A DNA stretch of 63,792 bases, filler included, from Pelomyxa schiedti (Eukaryota > Protista > Evosea): the NCBI GenBank assembly GCA_020536535.1. It is 8 parts of 8 records of this genome, joined end to end, with 100 filler letters (N's around TTAATTAATTAA, not from the genome) between each part and the next. Parts side by side here need not be neighbours in the genome. Positions count along the whole stretch, not along the records: positions 1 to 21,094 come from JAHLWZ010000014.1; positions 21,195 to 41,673 come from JAHLWZ010000778.1; 6 more parts are not named here. One strand, given 5' to 3'. Both the position numbers and the translations under genes were made by a program. The first letter of the stretch is position 1; each line of letters begins with the position of its first letter. Positions 15,883 through 26,299 of this stretch are shown one piece after another. The notes below the pieces were generated by a model. It was given only the letters and a program-made list of their open reading frames with translations, had not been told where the DNA came from and searched no databases.

Positions 15883-16284
15883 TTAAATTACTGGTGGGTA
15901 GACAAAAAGTGAATTGAGGAGTTCCTGAGTCTTTTCTTTTTCAAACAAAGGGATAGTGGAGCGGAATGTTGTTTGGGTGGCTTGTTGGCTGTGAATTGAT
16001 GATAACATGGATGGTTGGTAATCATTATTGGTTGCCTGTGGTATGATGGAATGGCTCAGAGCACATGGGGGATCCACACTGTACCTGAAAAAAGGTTAGT
16101 TAAAGGTAGTGAGAATATGAGGATACTTTTTATGAGCCAAGCCGGCGACCATTAAAGCAACAGAAAGCCAGCGGCACTGAAAAAAAAGATCAGTGCCAAT
16201 AAAAGTTGGAATTTTGAAAGCAAACCTAATAATTTCTGCCACGTTCCAACTTTGTAATTCATCCAGATAATCATGATGATCCAT
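15883..16284 (-). CDS. Short spliced hypothetical gene or fragment, possibly with a SAM-like start
   Basis: MDHHDYLDELQSWNVAEI..CRWLS resembles a SAM N-terminal W..V..WL pattern; GT-AG introns plausible. Confidence 0.25.
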
Positions 16285-16298
16285 TTATCGCTTTGGTA

Positions 16299-16811
16299 TC
16301 GCAGCCCGCCCAGAATGGGCGTGCACATCGTGAGTGCGTGAGTACTCACGGGCAAGAGCTGGCTATATTATATTCAAGTGTATTTGTTGCTGGAATAACA
16401 TTGTCGGGGCCTTCGCAGCCCGCCCAGAATGGGCGTGCACATCGTGAGCGCGTGAGCACTCACGGGCAAGAGCTGGCTATATTATAGTTAAGTGTATTTG
16501 TTGCTGGCTGGAATACCATTATCGAGGCCTCGAGTATTAATTCATCATCCCAGATAATTATCGCAGCCCGCCCAGAATGGGCGTGCACATCGTGAGCGCT
16601 TGAGCACTCACGGGCAAGAGCTGGCTATGCAATCAGTATTTGAAATATAGTACCAGTACCTATGATATGACGGAGACCTAAAGTTGTTGTTCTTGTTGTT
16701 GGAATTAGGATTAATCAGTAAATGCAATCAGTCCCATAATTCGCGGCCCGCCCAGAATGGGCGTGCACATCGTGAGCCGGGGAAACTGCGTGGCTCACGG
16801 GCCAGAGCCGT
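16299..16811 (+). repeat. Four interspersed copies of a 68-71 bp GC-rich structured repeat
   Basis: TCGCAGCCCGCCCAGAATGGGCGTGCACATCGTGAG..CTCACGGGCAAGAGCTGGCTAT at 16299-16366, 16413-16480 and 16561-16628; variant at 16741-16811; AT-rich spacers of 46, 80 and 112 bp. Confidence 0.95.
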
Positions 16812-16887
16812 ACCTAAGTAAGTTGTGTATCCGGAGGAGCTATACATACAGTAAACGCAGCTTGCGGCGAGAGTCTCTGCTATAGTA

Positions 16888-17067
16888 GCGGAGAGGGTGA
16901 ACGTTGAGGCCCAAGACAGCGGGCAGGCCGTGCCGTATTCCTCTCAGCCCCCGGAGGGGTTCGTGCGGGCAGTCGAAAGACAGTGCAGTGATCTGCCAGG
17001 TCAGGCCCGTTGCTGTCCAGGCTGTCTTGGGGGGCGCTCACCCCCGCGTCGGTGTTGTTATTTTTTT
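16888..17067 (+). ncRNA. Candidate structured ncRNA: long helix with branched apex, followed by a T7 tract
   Basis: CCCAAGACAGC 16910-16920 pairs perfectly with GCTGTCTTGGG 17021-17031; GGGTGA/TCACCC; GGGCAG/CTGTCC; apical CCC-GGAG-GGG and GTC-GAAA-GAC hairpins; TTTTTTT at 17061-17067. Confidence 0.5.
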
Positions 17068-17724
17068 GACTTTGTTATTCTTTCTTATCACTTTTACCAA
17101 TGATGACTGGGAGATCTTCTCATTGTTTTGCGCGGCGATTTTCACCAATTGGTTCCCACTAGCAATTGGATGTCCAATGTTTTACTGCGAATTTGGACAA
17201 TCATTGGGGGATCTTCATGCCTCTCTGACTGGCACCGGTGCCCTGCATGTTACTGGATCATAGAAAGGACAGAAAATAAGGGTGGTTGAGATCGAATGCA
17301 TTTTTTCGATGAGACGACGAAGGAGCTTTACAACAGTTCCTAAACAAACAGCACCACATGTATGTCTGGATCTTGCATCTCAATTACGCTACTCATGTCT
17401 TTCTCCCGAGATCCCTCTTCGTTATTTGAGTGACGGCGTAACATGCGAAGAGCATGGTGCATGTGAAAAGCATGGTGTGGTTCCTCTTCTTATTATTGGT
17501 TTTGGGGCATGCATCTGATGCAAATAGTCACCTCAGCTGGGAACTGTACGTGGAGGTCCCCCTCTGTTTGTGGCGCAAATATTTCACAGTAAAGCATCAA
17601 CAGTAAACGCAGCTCCAGTCCCATAATGCCCCCCCAGCTCCCGCCCACGCACCACACCACACCGCACTCCGCCTGATCACACGCTGAGGATTGAGGCACT
17701 GTTGAAGGTGGCGTAGTTGTTGTT

Positions 17725-19131
17725 GTGGCGTCGTTGATGTGGCAGTGCCGGCCCCGGGGAATGCCCCCCGCTCGTCCACGCAGTCGTGTGTGGCTGGTAG
17801 GTAATGAGCCGGAGAGGGTGTACGTTGAGGCCCAAGACAGCCGCAGACCGTGCATCCTGAATGGTGGTCTCAAGGCGAAATGGCACAAATGGCTGGATGA
17901 GCACAAATCTTCATCGTCTTCCTATTCTCTCCTGTGCTTATTTTGGCCTGAGGTTTGGTGGGAACAAATTACCATACAGACTAATCTCTACGCAAAGCAG
18001 CAGGGAGCTCCCTCATGGCATCCCACTAGTGCAAAAGAAGTCAAGAAGTTCTTTGGTGTGCTTCTATTCATGTCTCAAGTGAGGTTGCCATGTGCATACA
18101 CTGGATATTGGAACCACAAGCTTTATGCCCAAAAAGCCATCCAGACCTCAGGGATGAACAAATTTCGATTCTACCAGCTGAAGAAGTACCTGCACCTTGA
18201 CAACTACACTAAATTTTCTGCGGCACAAATGGAAGACAAGGCATTCAAGCTCCAGAGAGAGTTCCAGCGGTTCACAAGTAGAGTCAATAATGTGTGGGTG
18301 TCTGGGGTTCACATCAACGTTGATGAAGGGATGGTCAAAGGTGAACAGCGCAAGCACCCATGCAAAAAAAGATCTCCAAAGAAACCAATCCGATGTGGAA
18401 CCGAGATCAAGATGGCTGTTGATCAGCATGGCATCTGTGTATTTGCCAAAGTAAGTGCCACGAACACTGGGGAGAAGCCAAAAAATGACAAAGACAAGAC
18501 AAAACAACAAGGTGTCAACACCACCCTGATGCAAAATATCATTGATGCTGTCAATCTGCCACGCAGGGTCTTTTACCTTGATCAAGGCTTTGGTAGCTTC
18601 AAACTAATGTATTTGACAATGATGAAGAACCAAAAGGCTGTCATGATGTGCAGAGCACCTGGGGCAAAAAAATATAGTGATGCCTGGTGGAGGAATGTCT
18701 TTTGCATCATGTGTGAACATATTTCTGCCACAGCTCCAAGGGGAACATCGCTCACTCTGTACCACAACCTGGGATTTGCTGCCACAATTTGGAAAGACTG
18801 CAAGCCAGTTTATGTGCTCTCCAGTGTGCATGATGAGACTTTGCAACCTCATACAACCCACAGGCGTGGAGACCCTGTGAACGTTATGATACCTAACTGT
18901 GTGGAAGAATACAACCGATATCATAGCTGCTGTGATGTGCTCAATGCTAGCCGGGAAAAGGTGGATCTACAACTGAGATTCAACAGATGGTGGCTCAGAG
19001 TATTCTTCAATGGTCTCTTTGGTACAGCTTTGGTAAATGGTTGGAAAGTAAAGAAGTTCTACAACCCAGCAACTAAGACAACATTCTGCTTGTTTGTTGC
19101 AAAGATCTGGCAGGTTCTGATGCACGGTTGA
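17725..19131 (+). mobile_element. piggyBac-family (DDE_Tnp_1_7/PGBD) transposase ORF, intronless
   Basis: QTNLYA, YW, M...RF..LKKYLH, catalytic VDEGM / YLDQGF / YNRYHSCCD, KKPIRCG, WKD.KPVYVLSS, RWWLRVFF. Confidence 0.92.
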
Positions 19132-19241
19132 CACTCAAGGGTTCAATTCTGGAAAAAAAAATTTTCGTTTTTTTGAAAAACCATTTTCGATGGTGACAAA
19201 GGTGTTGGTGCGTGGGGAACATCCGGATAAGCGAACACAAG

Positions 19242-19434
19242 GTTTTGTTTCGTTTTGTTTTGTAGTTTCGTTTCGTTCCGTTCTGTTCCTTTCCTTTCCT
19301 TTCCTTTCCGTTTCGTTTCGTTCCGTTCCTTTCCGTTTCGTTTCGTTTCGTTTCGTTTCGTTTCGTTCCGTTCCGTTCCGTTTCGTTCCGTTCCGTTCCT
19401 TTCCGTTTCTTTCCTTTCCGTTTCTTTATCGTTT
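19242..19434. repeat. Pentanucleotide microsatellite (TTTCG/TTCCG/TTTCC)n
   Basis: About 190 bp of degenerate 5-mer repeats, directly visible. Confidence 0.95.
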
Positions 19435-19449
19435 AATTTGCTTAGGTTT

Positions 19450-21094
19450 GTGTTCCCACCATTCTAGCCTGGCAAGTGCTTCCTGAGGCGTCGCGGATGA
19501 TGTACCACGAAGAGCGATGGCACGTTTCATCTTTTTGTTTTGTTTTGGTTTTTGTCTTGTTTTGTTTGGTACGATTTAGGTTTGTGTTGTGATGTTTTGT
19601 CTTGTACGACCTACCTTTGTTTTCAACTTGCACTCACATCAATGCAGATCTTGAGTACACTGACAAGAAGAAGCGGATGCAGAAGTACAGTGGCTTTTTG
19701 CGTTTGCAGTCCTCACTCCAACATAGGGCCTGTCCATGTAGCAGCTCAGTCAGACTTTATTGGATCAGGCCAGAACTACTGCATGTATCTTCTCTGTTTT
19801 TTACCTGGCAATCTACCAGACGGTTATCCAATCACTCTCTCCACTTCATGCGCTCATATTGCCTGAAGGTAACCTTATCCAAGCCAACACAGGAGAGGCA
19901 CACCCCCAGAAGATTGTGTGTGCGGCTCTGCTCTCCATTCTGCAGGTTTTCCCCTTCTGACTTCAACTTCAACAACAACAACATTACCTCACCTCTAGGC
20001 CCCTTTTTTCCCACATTCAACCTTGTATGCATATCTTTGGGGAGCACCAGTATATTTCTTATTTCTTGTAGCTTGACCACCAGTATATTTCTTATTTCTT
20101 CTTTTTCCCAGTTTCACCTTGTACACTAGGTGCTGAACTTGCTGGCTCTGCTGTGATGGCACCTAAGGTAAACACCTTTGTAGTATCACCCCACTCAGNN
20201 NNNNNNNNNNNNNNNNNNNNNNNNNNNNNNNNNNNNNNNNNNNNNNNNNNNNNNNNNNNNNNNNNNNNNNNNNNNNNNNNNNNNNNNNNNNNNNNNNNTA
20301 GCAGCTCAGTCAGACTTTATTGGATCAGGCCAGAACTACTGCATGTATCTTCTCTGTTTTTTACCTGGCAATCTACCAGACGGTTATCCAATCACTCTCT
20401 CCACTTCATGCGCTCATATCGCCTGAAGGTAACCCAATCCAAGCCAACACAGGAGAGGCACACCCCTAGAAGATTGTGTGTGCGGCTCTGCTCTCCATTC
20501 TGCAGGTTTTCCCCTTCTGACTTCAACAACAACATCACCTCACCTCTAGGCCCCTTTTTTCCCACATTCAACCTTGTATGCATATCTTTGGGGAGCACCA
20601 GTACATTTCTTATTTCTTGTAGCTTGACCACCAGTATATTTCTTATTTCTTCTTTTTCCCAGTTTCACCTTGTACACTAGGTGCTGAACTTGCAGGCTCT
20701 GCTGTGATGGCACCCAAGGTAAACACCTTTGTCGTATCACCCCACTCAGGCATAATAGGTACCCCGATCCAGAGAGGCTGACTGATATTCACCTTCAACA
20801 CAGGTACTTTTTCATTGACTCAACTTTGTGTTGGCCAAGTCTTGCATACACCACACCCTTTCTGCATTTCCGGCACTTTGTGGCACTGGTATGCAGTGCT
20901 TCTTTTTTCTTTCTCCAACCTCACATACTCTTTAATTAGGTGCAGAATTTCCTGCTTAGAGCTGATGCTCTCACCAAGGTACATTCTCTCCCTTTATAAT
21001 CACTCCACTCAGCAAATAATAGTGGTACCACTGCTGGAATGAACACAACACCAGGCCCTACTTCCACCCACCTGCTAACTCCCATGGCTCAGCT
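19450..21094 (-). mobile_element. Decayed repeat, possibly a non-LTR retroelement 3' remnant; partly duplicated across the N-gap
   Basis: Intronless, CpG-poor, stop-riddled; weak RT-thumb-like pieces (LWIGVPI..VFTLG, LVLPKDMHTRL); 19739-20198 recurs with SNPs/indels at 20299-20749. Confidence 0.25.
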
Positions 21095-21194
21095 NNNNNN
21101 NNNNNNNNNNNNNNNNNNNNNNNNNNNNNNNNNNNNNNTTAATTAATTAANNNNNNNNNNNNNNNNNNNNNNNNNNNNNNNNNNNNNNNNNNNN
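21095..21194. other. Artificial scaffold linker (also 41674-41773, 53492-53591, 54969-55068, 58017-58116, 59253-59352, 62578-62677)
   Basis: Identical 100-bp N44-TTAATTAATTAA-N44 block with stops in all six frames. Confidence 0.98.
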
Positions 21195-21625
21195 GAGCCA
21201 CCGAGAACGTGGTCTGACAGCTCGGTGTGCGATATTCCCGACGATTGTCTCCACAGCGTGTCCACAATCAACCTCATCTAGTATCGCGTACAGTAATATT
21301 GTTTGTGGGTTGGTTGGTTAGAGTATGAGTGAGTGGACACTTTGGCACACAGCCATGCATGCATTACCATACACGCACACACAATGTACCACATCAATCG
21401 TCAGTGTATTGATTGTGCATGCACATCACATCCGAGTCAGTCCTAAGCTACACGCTCATCGACGTCGTGAAACTCACACTGCTCGTGCCTGTTGTCCTCG
21501 TTATCATGATCACTCAGTACAGGGTCTGACAGATAAAGAGTGGAAGAAGCCCGCCCCCGCCACAGTGTGCAACTCACTGATGGCTTTCTGCGAACTCCTC
21601 GAGGGAGATTCAGAGCACGAAACTG

Positions 21626-24214
21626 ATGGCAACCGGTTCGACACCGATTTTTCGCAGCGACAACAACAGCGCAGGCATGACGAGGGACCAAATGGCGGCA
21701 CTGGCCCTCGCGTGCCACCCCAGGTGCGGCCGCGAGGCCGCCCTGCTCGCGGTCATGGGCCACCACCACGCCCACCACTTCGTGCGCGACCTGCTGTGGT
21801 CCGGCCTCGTACGCCCCACCCTCGCCGTGTTCGTCCTCAGCGTGTCCGCGTCGCCGAGCCGCCGCGGCAGCCCCGCGGCCGTGCTGCTCTCGGTGGTGCT
21901 GTCCCCGCTGCTCCTCAGCGTGGCCCGGGCACCGCGGCGCGTCCCCGGCCACTTGTGGGCGACGCGCGGGGCGTGGGTCGACCAGTGGCACAGGGCTGAG
22001 TGCAGGTACCAGGACGGGTGCTGGGTTGTCCACGACCTGTTCAGCGGGGCAGCTGTGGCTGTCAGGCCGCCGGAGAGACGCACCAGGCAGTCGGCCGCGA
22101 GCTCGAGGTGGGGCGTGACGGTCACTGACGCTGTGAGGTGCAGGAGCTCCTCCTCCTCCCAGAATAGTGATGATGATTATGATGGCGGCGATGAGCCCAG
22201 TGGTTGGTGTGTCAATGTTGGCGTTGTGTCCATGAGAGGACTGCTGGAAGCTGCTGATGTGATGGGCCAGTATGGTTATGACCACTTGGAATATGATGGT
22301 GGTGGCGGGTCTTGTGGTTGTTGTTGTGTTTTTCTGGACATGCCTGTGGTCACTAGTAAGGTGGTGAGAGTCACAGTGGAGATGGACCCATGGGGTGACA
22401 GTGAGGCCATAATCACACAATGCACAGCGAAAAGCGCAGTTATGTCTGTTGTGGACTTGGAGCAGACATTCAACAGCAGGAGCCTGGTTATTGTGAGCAC
22501 AACCACTTGGCCTTTCCCTGTTGGTCACTCGTTTCTGAGTTCTGTTGCGCTGAGAAGTGGGAAGAGAACTGATGTTGGGGTGTCACGGGCTTTCATTGTT
22601 CGTACCTTATGGAATGCTTCCAGTTCTACCGCATTATTCCGCGTCGAGGAACAAACAGGCGCCTTTCAACCAATAACACCTCTGGATGGTTCTTATGTGG
22701 CTGAGGTTCGCCCAGTGACACACTCACTGTTCTGGTTCTGCAGTGGCAACCAAGAACAAAGATACACTGTGTGTCACTGTGATGATGTTGAACACCCAGT
22801 ACCTGTTCTAGAATATAAGATGCAGGGGACTCAGAGTTGGTTCACTGCAGAGCGTGGGTTTCTCTTCAATGTGAATACTGACAGGATTGATGTCCTTGAG
22901 CCAACAAGAGGTGCTGCTATCCTCAAAATCCATTTTCCTGGGTTCGACTCGGTCCGGCTCATGTCTACATCTTCCTTTTTCCTGTCGTCAGCGGCACCCA
23001 AGTTACTATCACTTGATATCCCAGATAATTTCCCTGATGACTACAACCACATTGTGAGGCAGGATGACGCCCTGGCAGCGGCATTCAAGTTTGGTGCCAA
23101 GGCTGCAAAAAAAATGCTGGATATGATAGGTAACCCAGCCATTGATGCGCTTGATCCAACAGGAATGACATTTGAATCCGCATGCACATACCCAACGGCG
23201 GAATGCCTTGAGTTCTTGTTCTCTTGTTCCCATGTGAGAGTGGATTCACCTGGCGCCCATTCTGGCATTTCTCTCATCTTCAGTGGCAACGGCTGCTGGG
23301 AGGAACCTTCAGAGAATCTGGTCGAGCTACTCACCTCCCAAGGGGTTCGACTTGATGACAGAATATGTACGTCACCCGACCGGTGGTGCGAACGGGTGAC
23401 ACCCGTTGTGGCAGCAATTATGGGAAGGAATAAGTCGATGGTTGAAGTGCTGGTGGAAAAAGGCCACGCCAAAGTAACAACTGCAGATTTATCCTTTTTG
23501 ATGCATACGGAATACATTGAAAGTATACTTCTCCTTCGGAATTCCCCCGAGATATTCTCTTCAGCACTGGTGTTTGGTGCCAATGACTCCGTTGTTGACC
23601 AGATCATCCACTCTGGGAGCGATTGGAATTCCAGGATACCTACACCGTACAAAGATACAAAGAGCTTCCCCCTGGAACTTGCACTCCATTTCAAAAGAGT
23701 CCACGTCTGCATTTCCCTCTTGGATGCTGGCGTAAAAATTCCGCCACCGCTGCCATCACCAGCATCCACTTCACAAGAATCTTATGAGCATGACAATGAG
23801 GACTGGTTCCTGAATGCATTTGAGAAATGGCTGGATTACTGGCCCAATGTTCCAGGTGTTGACGCGCTCGTTGACAGGATTCTCAAGGCCAGGCCCGATG
23901 CAGCCAACAGCACAAGATACACTCGGTTCCCAAGGGGCCTTCTGATCCACAGCGTGAAGAACAAGCACGTTGGAATCATGCAGGCTCTCCTCAACAACGG
24001 GGCACAACCCAGAACAGAGGCACTCGAGTGTGCCGTCTTGGAGTGCAGCCAGTGGTGCAATGCATACAGCGAGTGCCCTCACGAGACAATTGTGGGTGCA
24101 CTCGTCAAGGCTGGTGCTGTTCTGAGGATGTCACGCTTAGAGCCTCACATGAGGGATCTCAAGCAATCAACGAGGACGAAGCTCACGGTGTGTGTATTTA
24201 TTCGTCCCATCTGA
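21626..24214 (+). CDS. HPRCG-family protein with C-terminal ankyrin-like repeats
   Basis: 862-aa ORF; N-terminal half paralogous to 24537-25940; ankyrin-like TPVVAAIMGRNKSMVEVLVEKGHA, FPLELALHFKRVHVCISLLDAG, VGIMQALLNNGA. Confidence 0.75.
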   Translation: MATGSTPIFRSDNNSAGMTRDQMAALALACHPRCGREAALLAVMGHHHAHHFVRDLLWSGLVRPTLAVFVLSVSASPSRRGSPAAVLLSVVLSPLLLSVARAPRRVPGHLWATRGAWVDQWHRAECRYQDGCWVVHDLFSGAAVAVRPPERRTRQSAASSRWGVTVTDAVRCRSSSSSQNSDDDYDGGDEPSGWCVNVGVVSMRGLLEAADVMGQYGYDHLEYDGGGGSCGCCCVFLDMPVVTSKVVRVTVEMDPWGDSEAIITQCTAKSAVMSVVDLEQTFNSRSLVIVSTTTWPFPVGHSFLSSVALRSGKRTDVGVSRAFIVRTLWNASSSTALFRVEEQTGAFQPITPLDGSYVAEVRPVTHSLFWFCSGNQEQRYTVCHCDDVEHPVPVLEYKMQGTQSWFTAERGFLFNVNTDRIDVLEPTRGAAILKIHFPGFDSVRLMSTSSFFLSSAAPKLLSLDIPDNFPDDYNHIVRQDDALAAAFKFGAKAAKKMLDMIGNPAIDALDPTGMTFESACTYPTAECLEFLFSCSHVRVDSPGAHSGISLIFSGNGCWEEPSENLVELLTSQGVRLDDRICTSPDRWCERVTPVVAAIMGRNKSMVEVLVEKGHAKVTTADLSFLMHTEYIESILLLRNSPEIFSSALVFGANDSVVDQIIHSGSDWNSRIPTPYKDTKSFPLELALHFKRVHVCISLLDAGVKIPPPLPSPASTSQESYEHDNEDWFLNAFEKWLDYWPNVPGVDALVDRILKARPDAANSTRYTRFPRGLLIHSVKNKHVGIMQALLNNGAQPRTEALECAVLECSQWCNAYSECPHETIVGALVKAGAVLRMSRLEPHMRDLKQSTRTKLTVCVFIRPI

Positions 24215-24536
24215 CTGTGATGAAACTAACAAAACAAACGCAACATCTTGCAGAAACTTGTTGGATCCGAGTGTGGACGCTGCTTTGTGTTGGTGAGACA
24301 CTCTCGGTGTGGTGTGTCGAGTGTGTGGCACACAATCCCTATCTCCATCATCACAGAGATAATCAGGTTCCTTCTTGTACAGTAGGTTCACCGTGATGGG
24401 TGATTCAGGGCCAGAGAGGAATTGCCGCTGGGTGTGGGTTTGGCGCCAAAACTCCAGTGCTTTGGTTGCAGTGGCACCAAAAATGGATAGTTGATCGAAG
24501 TGATGGATTTTTTCAATTGCTATCCATTCATCGCCC

Positions 24537-25940
24537 ATGCTCGGTGATGTTTCGGGTCCAACGCTTTTTCATGCTGAAAACACTACCATGACAACGAGAG
24601 GACAAATGGCGGCAATTGCCACAGGGCTCCACCCCAGGTGCGGCCGCGACAGCGCCCTACTCGCGATTATGGGACACAACCACGGGCACCACTTTGTCAA
24701 CGATCTGTGGTCCGACCTCGTTCTCCCCACCCTCAAGTTGTTCATCTTTGATGTGGCCCCACTCCCATCATCATCGTCGTCGCCTGTCGGTCAAACTCCC
24801 ACAATTCTCTCTATGGTGCTTTCCCCCCTGCTCTTCAGTGTGTTCCGTGGGCCTGCCCCCATGCCCTACACCGGCCAACATTACGGCGGATTCCTGGATC
24901 CAACGCATGCGGCCTACCTCGATTTCAAAGGGACAATGACGATCTACGATCTTATGAACAATTCCAAAGTGGAGCTGATGCCGCTGGCTGCAAAGCACAG
25001 GGAGCAATGTCATCGCGAGTCGGCGGTTAACTCCAAATGGGGCGTGTGTGTCACCTCCACCCAGCAGGCAGCATGTAATGACAATAGAAAGACGCCTGGT
25101 CATCAAGGAGGGAGCAACGTCTCTGTTGCTGTTGTGCCAATGAGTGTAGTGCTGGGTGGTGGTGGCAGTGAAGAAGATGGAGAATACTATAGTAGTTGCG
25201 GTGTAGGGAGTGGAACTGTTGTGGTGAGCATGCCAGTTGTGGTGGCGGTTGGTCTTCTGAGGCCAAATGTGACCGTGCATGTGAGAATGGACCGGCGCGT
25301 TGACGGCGAGGCAATCGTAACACAGTCCGCAGAGAAGGAAGTGGCATTCGTCGTTGTGGATGTGGAGAAGACATACAGGAGCAGGAGCCTTGTTATTGTG
25401 AGCACAACAAAGTGGAATCTTCCACGTGGTCACTCATTTCGGCGTTTTACTGTTGCCAGGAGCACTGGGAGGACGAGGTTGGCCTCTGAGGGTGGTGTTC
25501 CACGAGTTTTCATCGTGACTACGTTTTGGAATTGGTCTGTCGCTGTGTTATTCCGGGTGGATGAGGGAACTGGGGGCACCTGTCAGACCATTCCACTTCT
25601 GGATGGTTTCGAAGTTGATGTTGTAACCCATTTGACCGGCTCACTGTTCTCTGTGTCATTCACCAATAAATTGCAGGAGAAAAAGCTTGCTGTGTATCAC
25701 AGCGATGATATCACACACCCGAAGCTGGTGATAACTGGTGAGAGAGGGGGAGTTGCACAGTGCTGGTTCACAGTGGAGGGTGGGTTCATCTTCAAAGTGA
25801 GCAGAGTCAGGGTTTCTGTGCTCGAGCCAATGAATGGGAAGACTGTACTCACACTCTACTTCCCAGGATCCACGAGATGGTCACCTGCTATTAGCTCTCC
25901 ATTCTCCTGTTTTCTCTCTTCCTCATCTTACACTGAGTAA
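24537..25940 (+). CDS. HPRCG-family hypothetical protein (tandem paralogue; likely start 24588)
   Basis: 467-aa ORF sharing TR.QMAA..HPRCGR..ALLA.MGH, VVD.E.T..SRSLVIVSTT.W and WFT.E.GF.F with the upstream gene. Confidence 0.8.
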   Translation: MLGDVSGPTLFHAENTTMTTRGQMAAIATGLHPRCGRDSALLAIMGHNHGHHFVNDLWSDLVLPTLKLFIFDVAPLPSSSSSPVGQTPTILSMVLSPLLFSVFRGPAPMPYTGQHYGGFLDPTHAAYLDFKGTMTIYDLMNNSKVELMPLAAKHREQCHRESAVNSKWGVCVTSTQQAACNDNRKTPGHQGGSNVSVAVVPMSVVLGGGGSEEDGEYYSSCGVGSGTVVVSMPVVVAVGLLRPNVTVHVRMDRRVDGEAIVTQSAEKEVAFVVVDVEKTYRSRSLVIVSTTKWNLPRGHSFRRFTVARSTGRTRLASEGGVPRVFIVTTFWNWSVAVLFRVDEGTGGTCQTIPLLDGFEVDVVTHLTGSLFSVSFTNKLQEKKLAVYHSDDITHPKLVITGERGGVAQCWFTVEGGFIFKVSRVRVSVLEPMNGKTVLTLYFPGSTRWSPAISSPFSCFLSSSSYTE

Positions 25941-26299
25941 TTAATTAATTGTAAAGGCCACAAAACGGCGTCACTCCACCATCAGTTCATGTAAGACACC
26001 AAACTTGAAAAGAAAACAAAATGTAGGCAGTTTTATACACCTTGGACGACCCATAAGTGCAACGGAGGTCGCCCCCCGTGGAAACAACAGCACGCGTCAC
26101 CAGCAGCAAGCAACCGATCTCAATCAAAGATTGTTCCCAGAAGGCAGGTTTCACGAAATCAGGGAACATCACTGCCGAAAAGGGAGAGAGTGTCAGAATG
26201 GTGTTGTTGTAGTGCCTTTTGAAATGGGTAATATGCAAGGCTTTATTTAATTTGTTGGGTTTTCCTTACCAACAGGTATGGCCTGGAATGAAAATATTA

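Noticed and set aside
16299-16811. CRISPR array or a known ribozyme
   Set aside because: Repeats too long, spacers 46-112 bp with two related; no CUGANGA/GAAA hammerhead core and no HDV L3/P1.1 pattern
19450-21094. Fanzor/TnpB nuclease beside the transposase
   Set aside because: No RuvC motifs or zinc finger recognisable in any frame; only broken ORFs
21095-21194. Recurring TTAATTAATTAA palindromes as piggyBac TTAA sites or a biological motif
   Set aside because: Always centred in identical N blocks: a concatenation linker. Adjacency across linkers has no meaning
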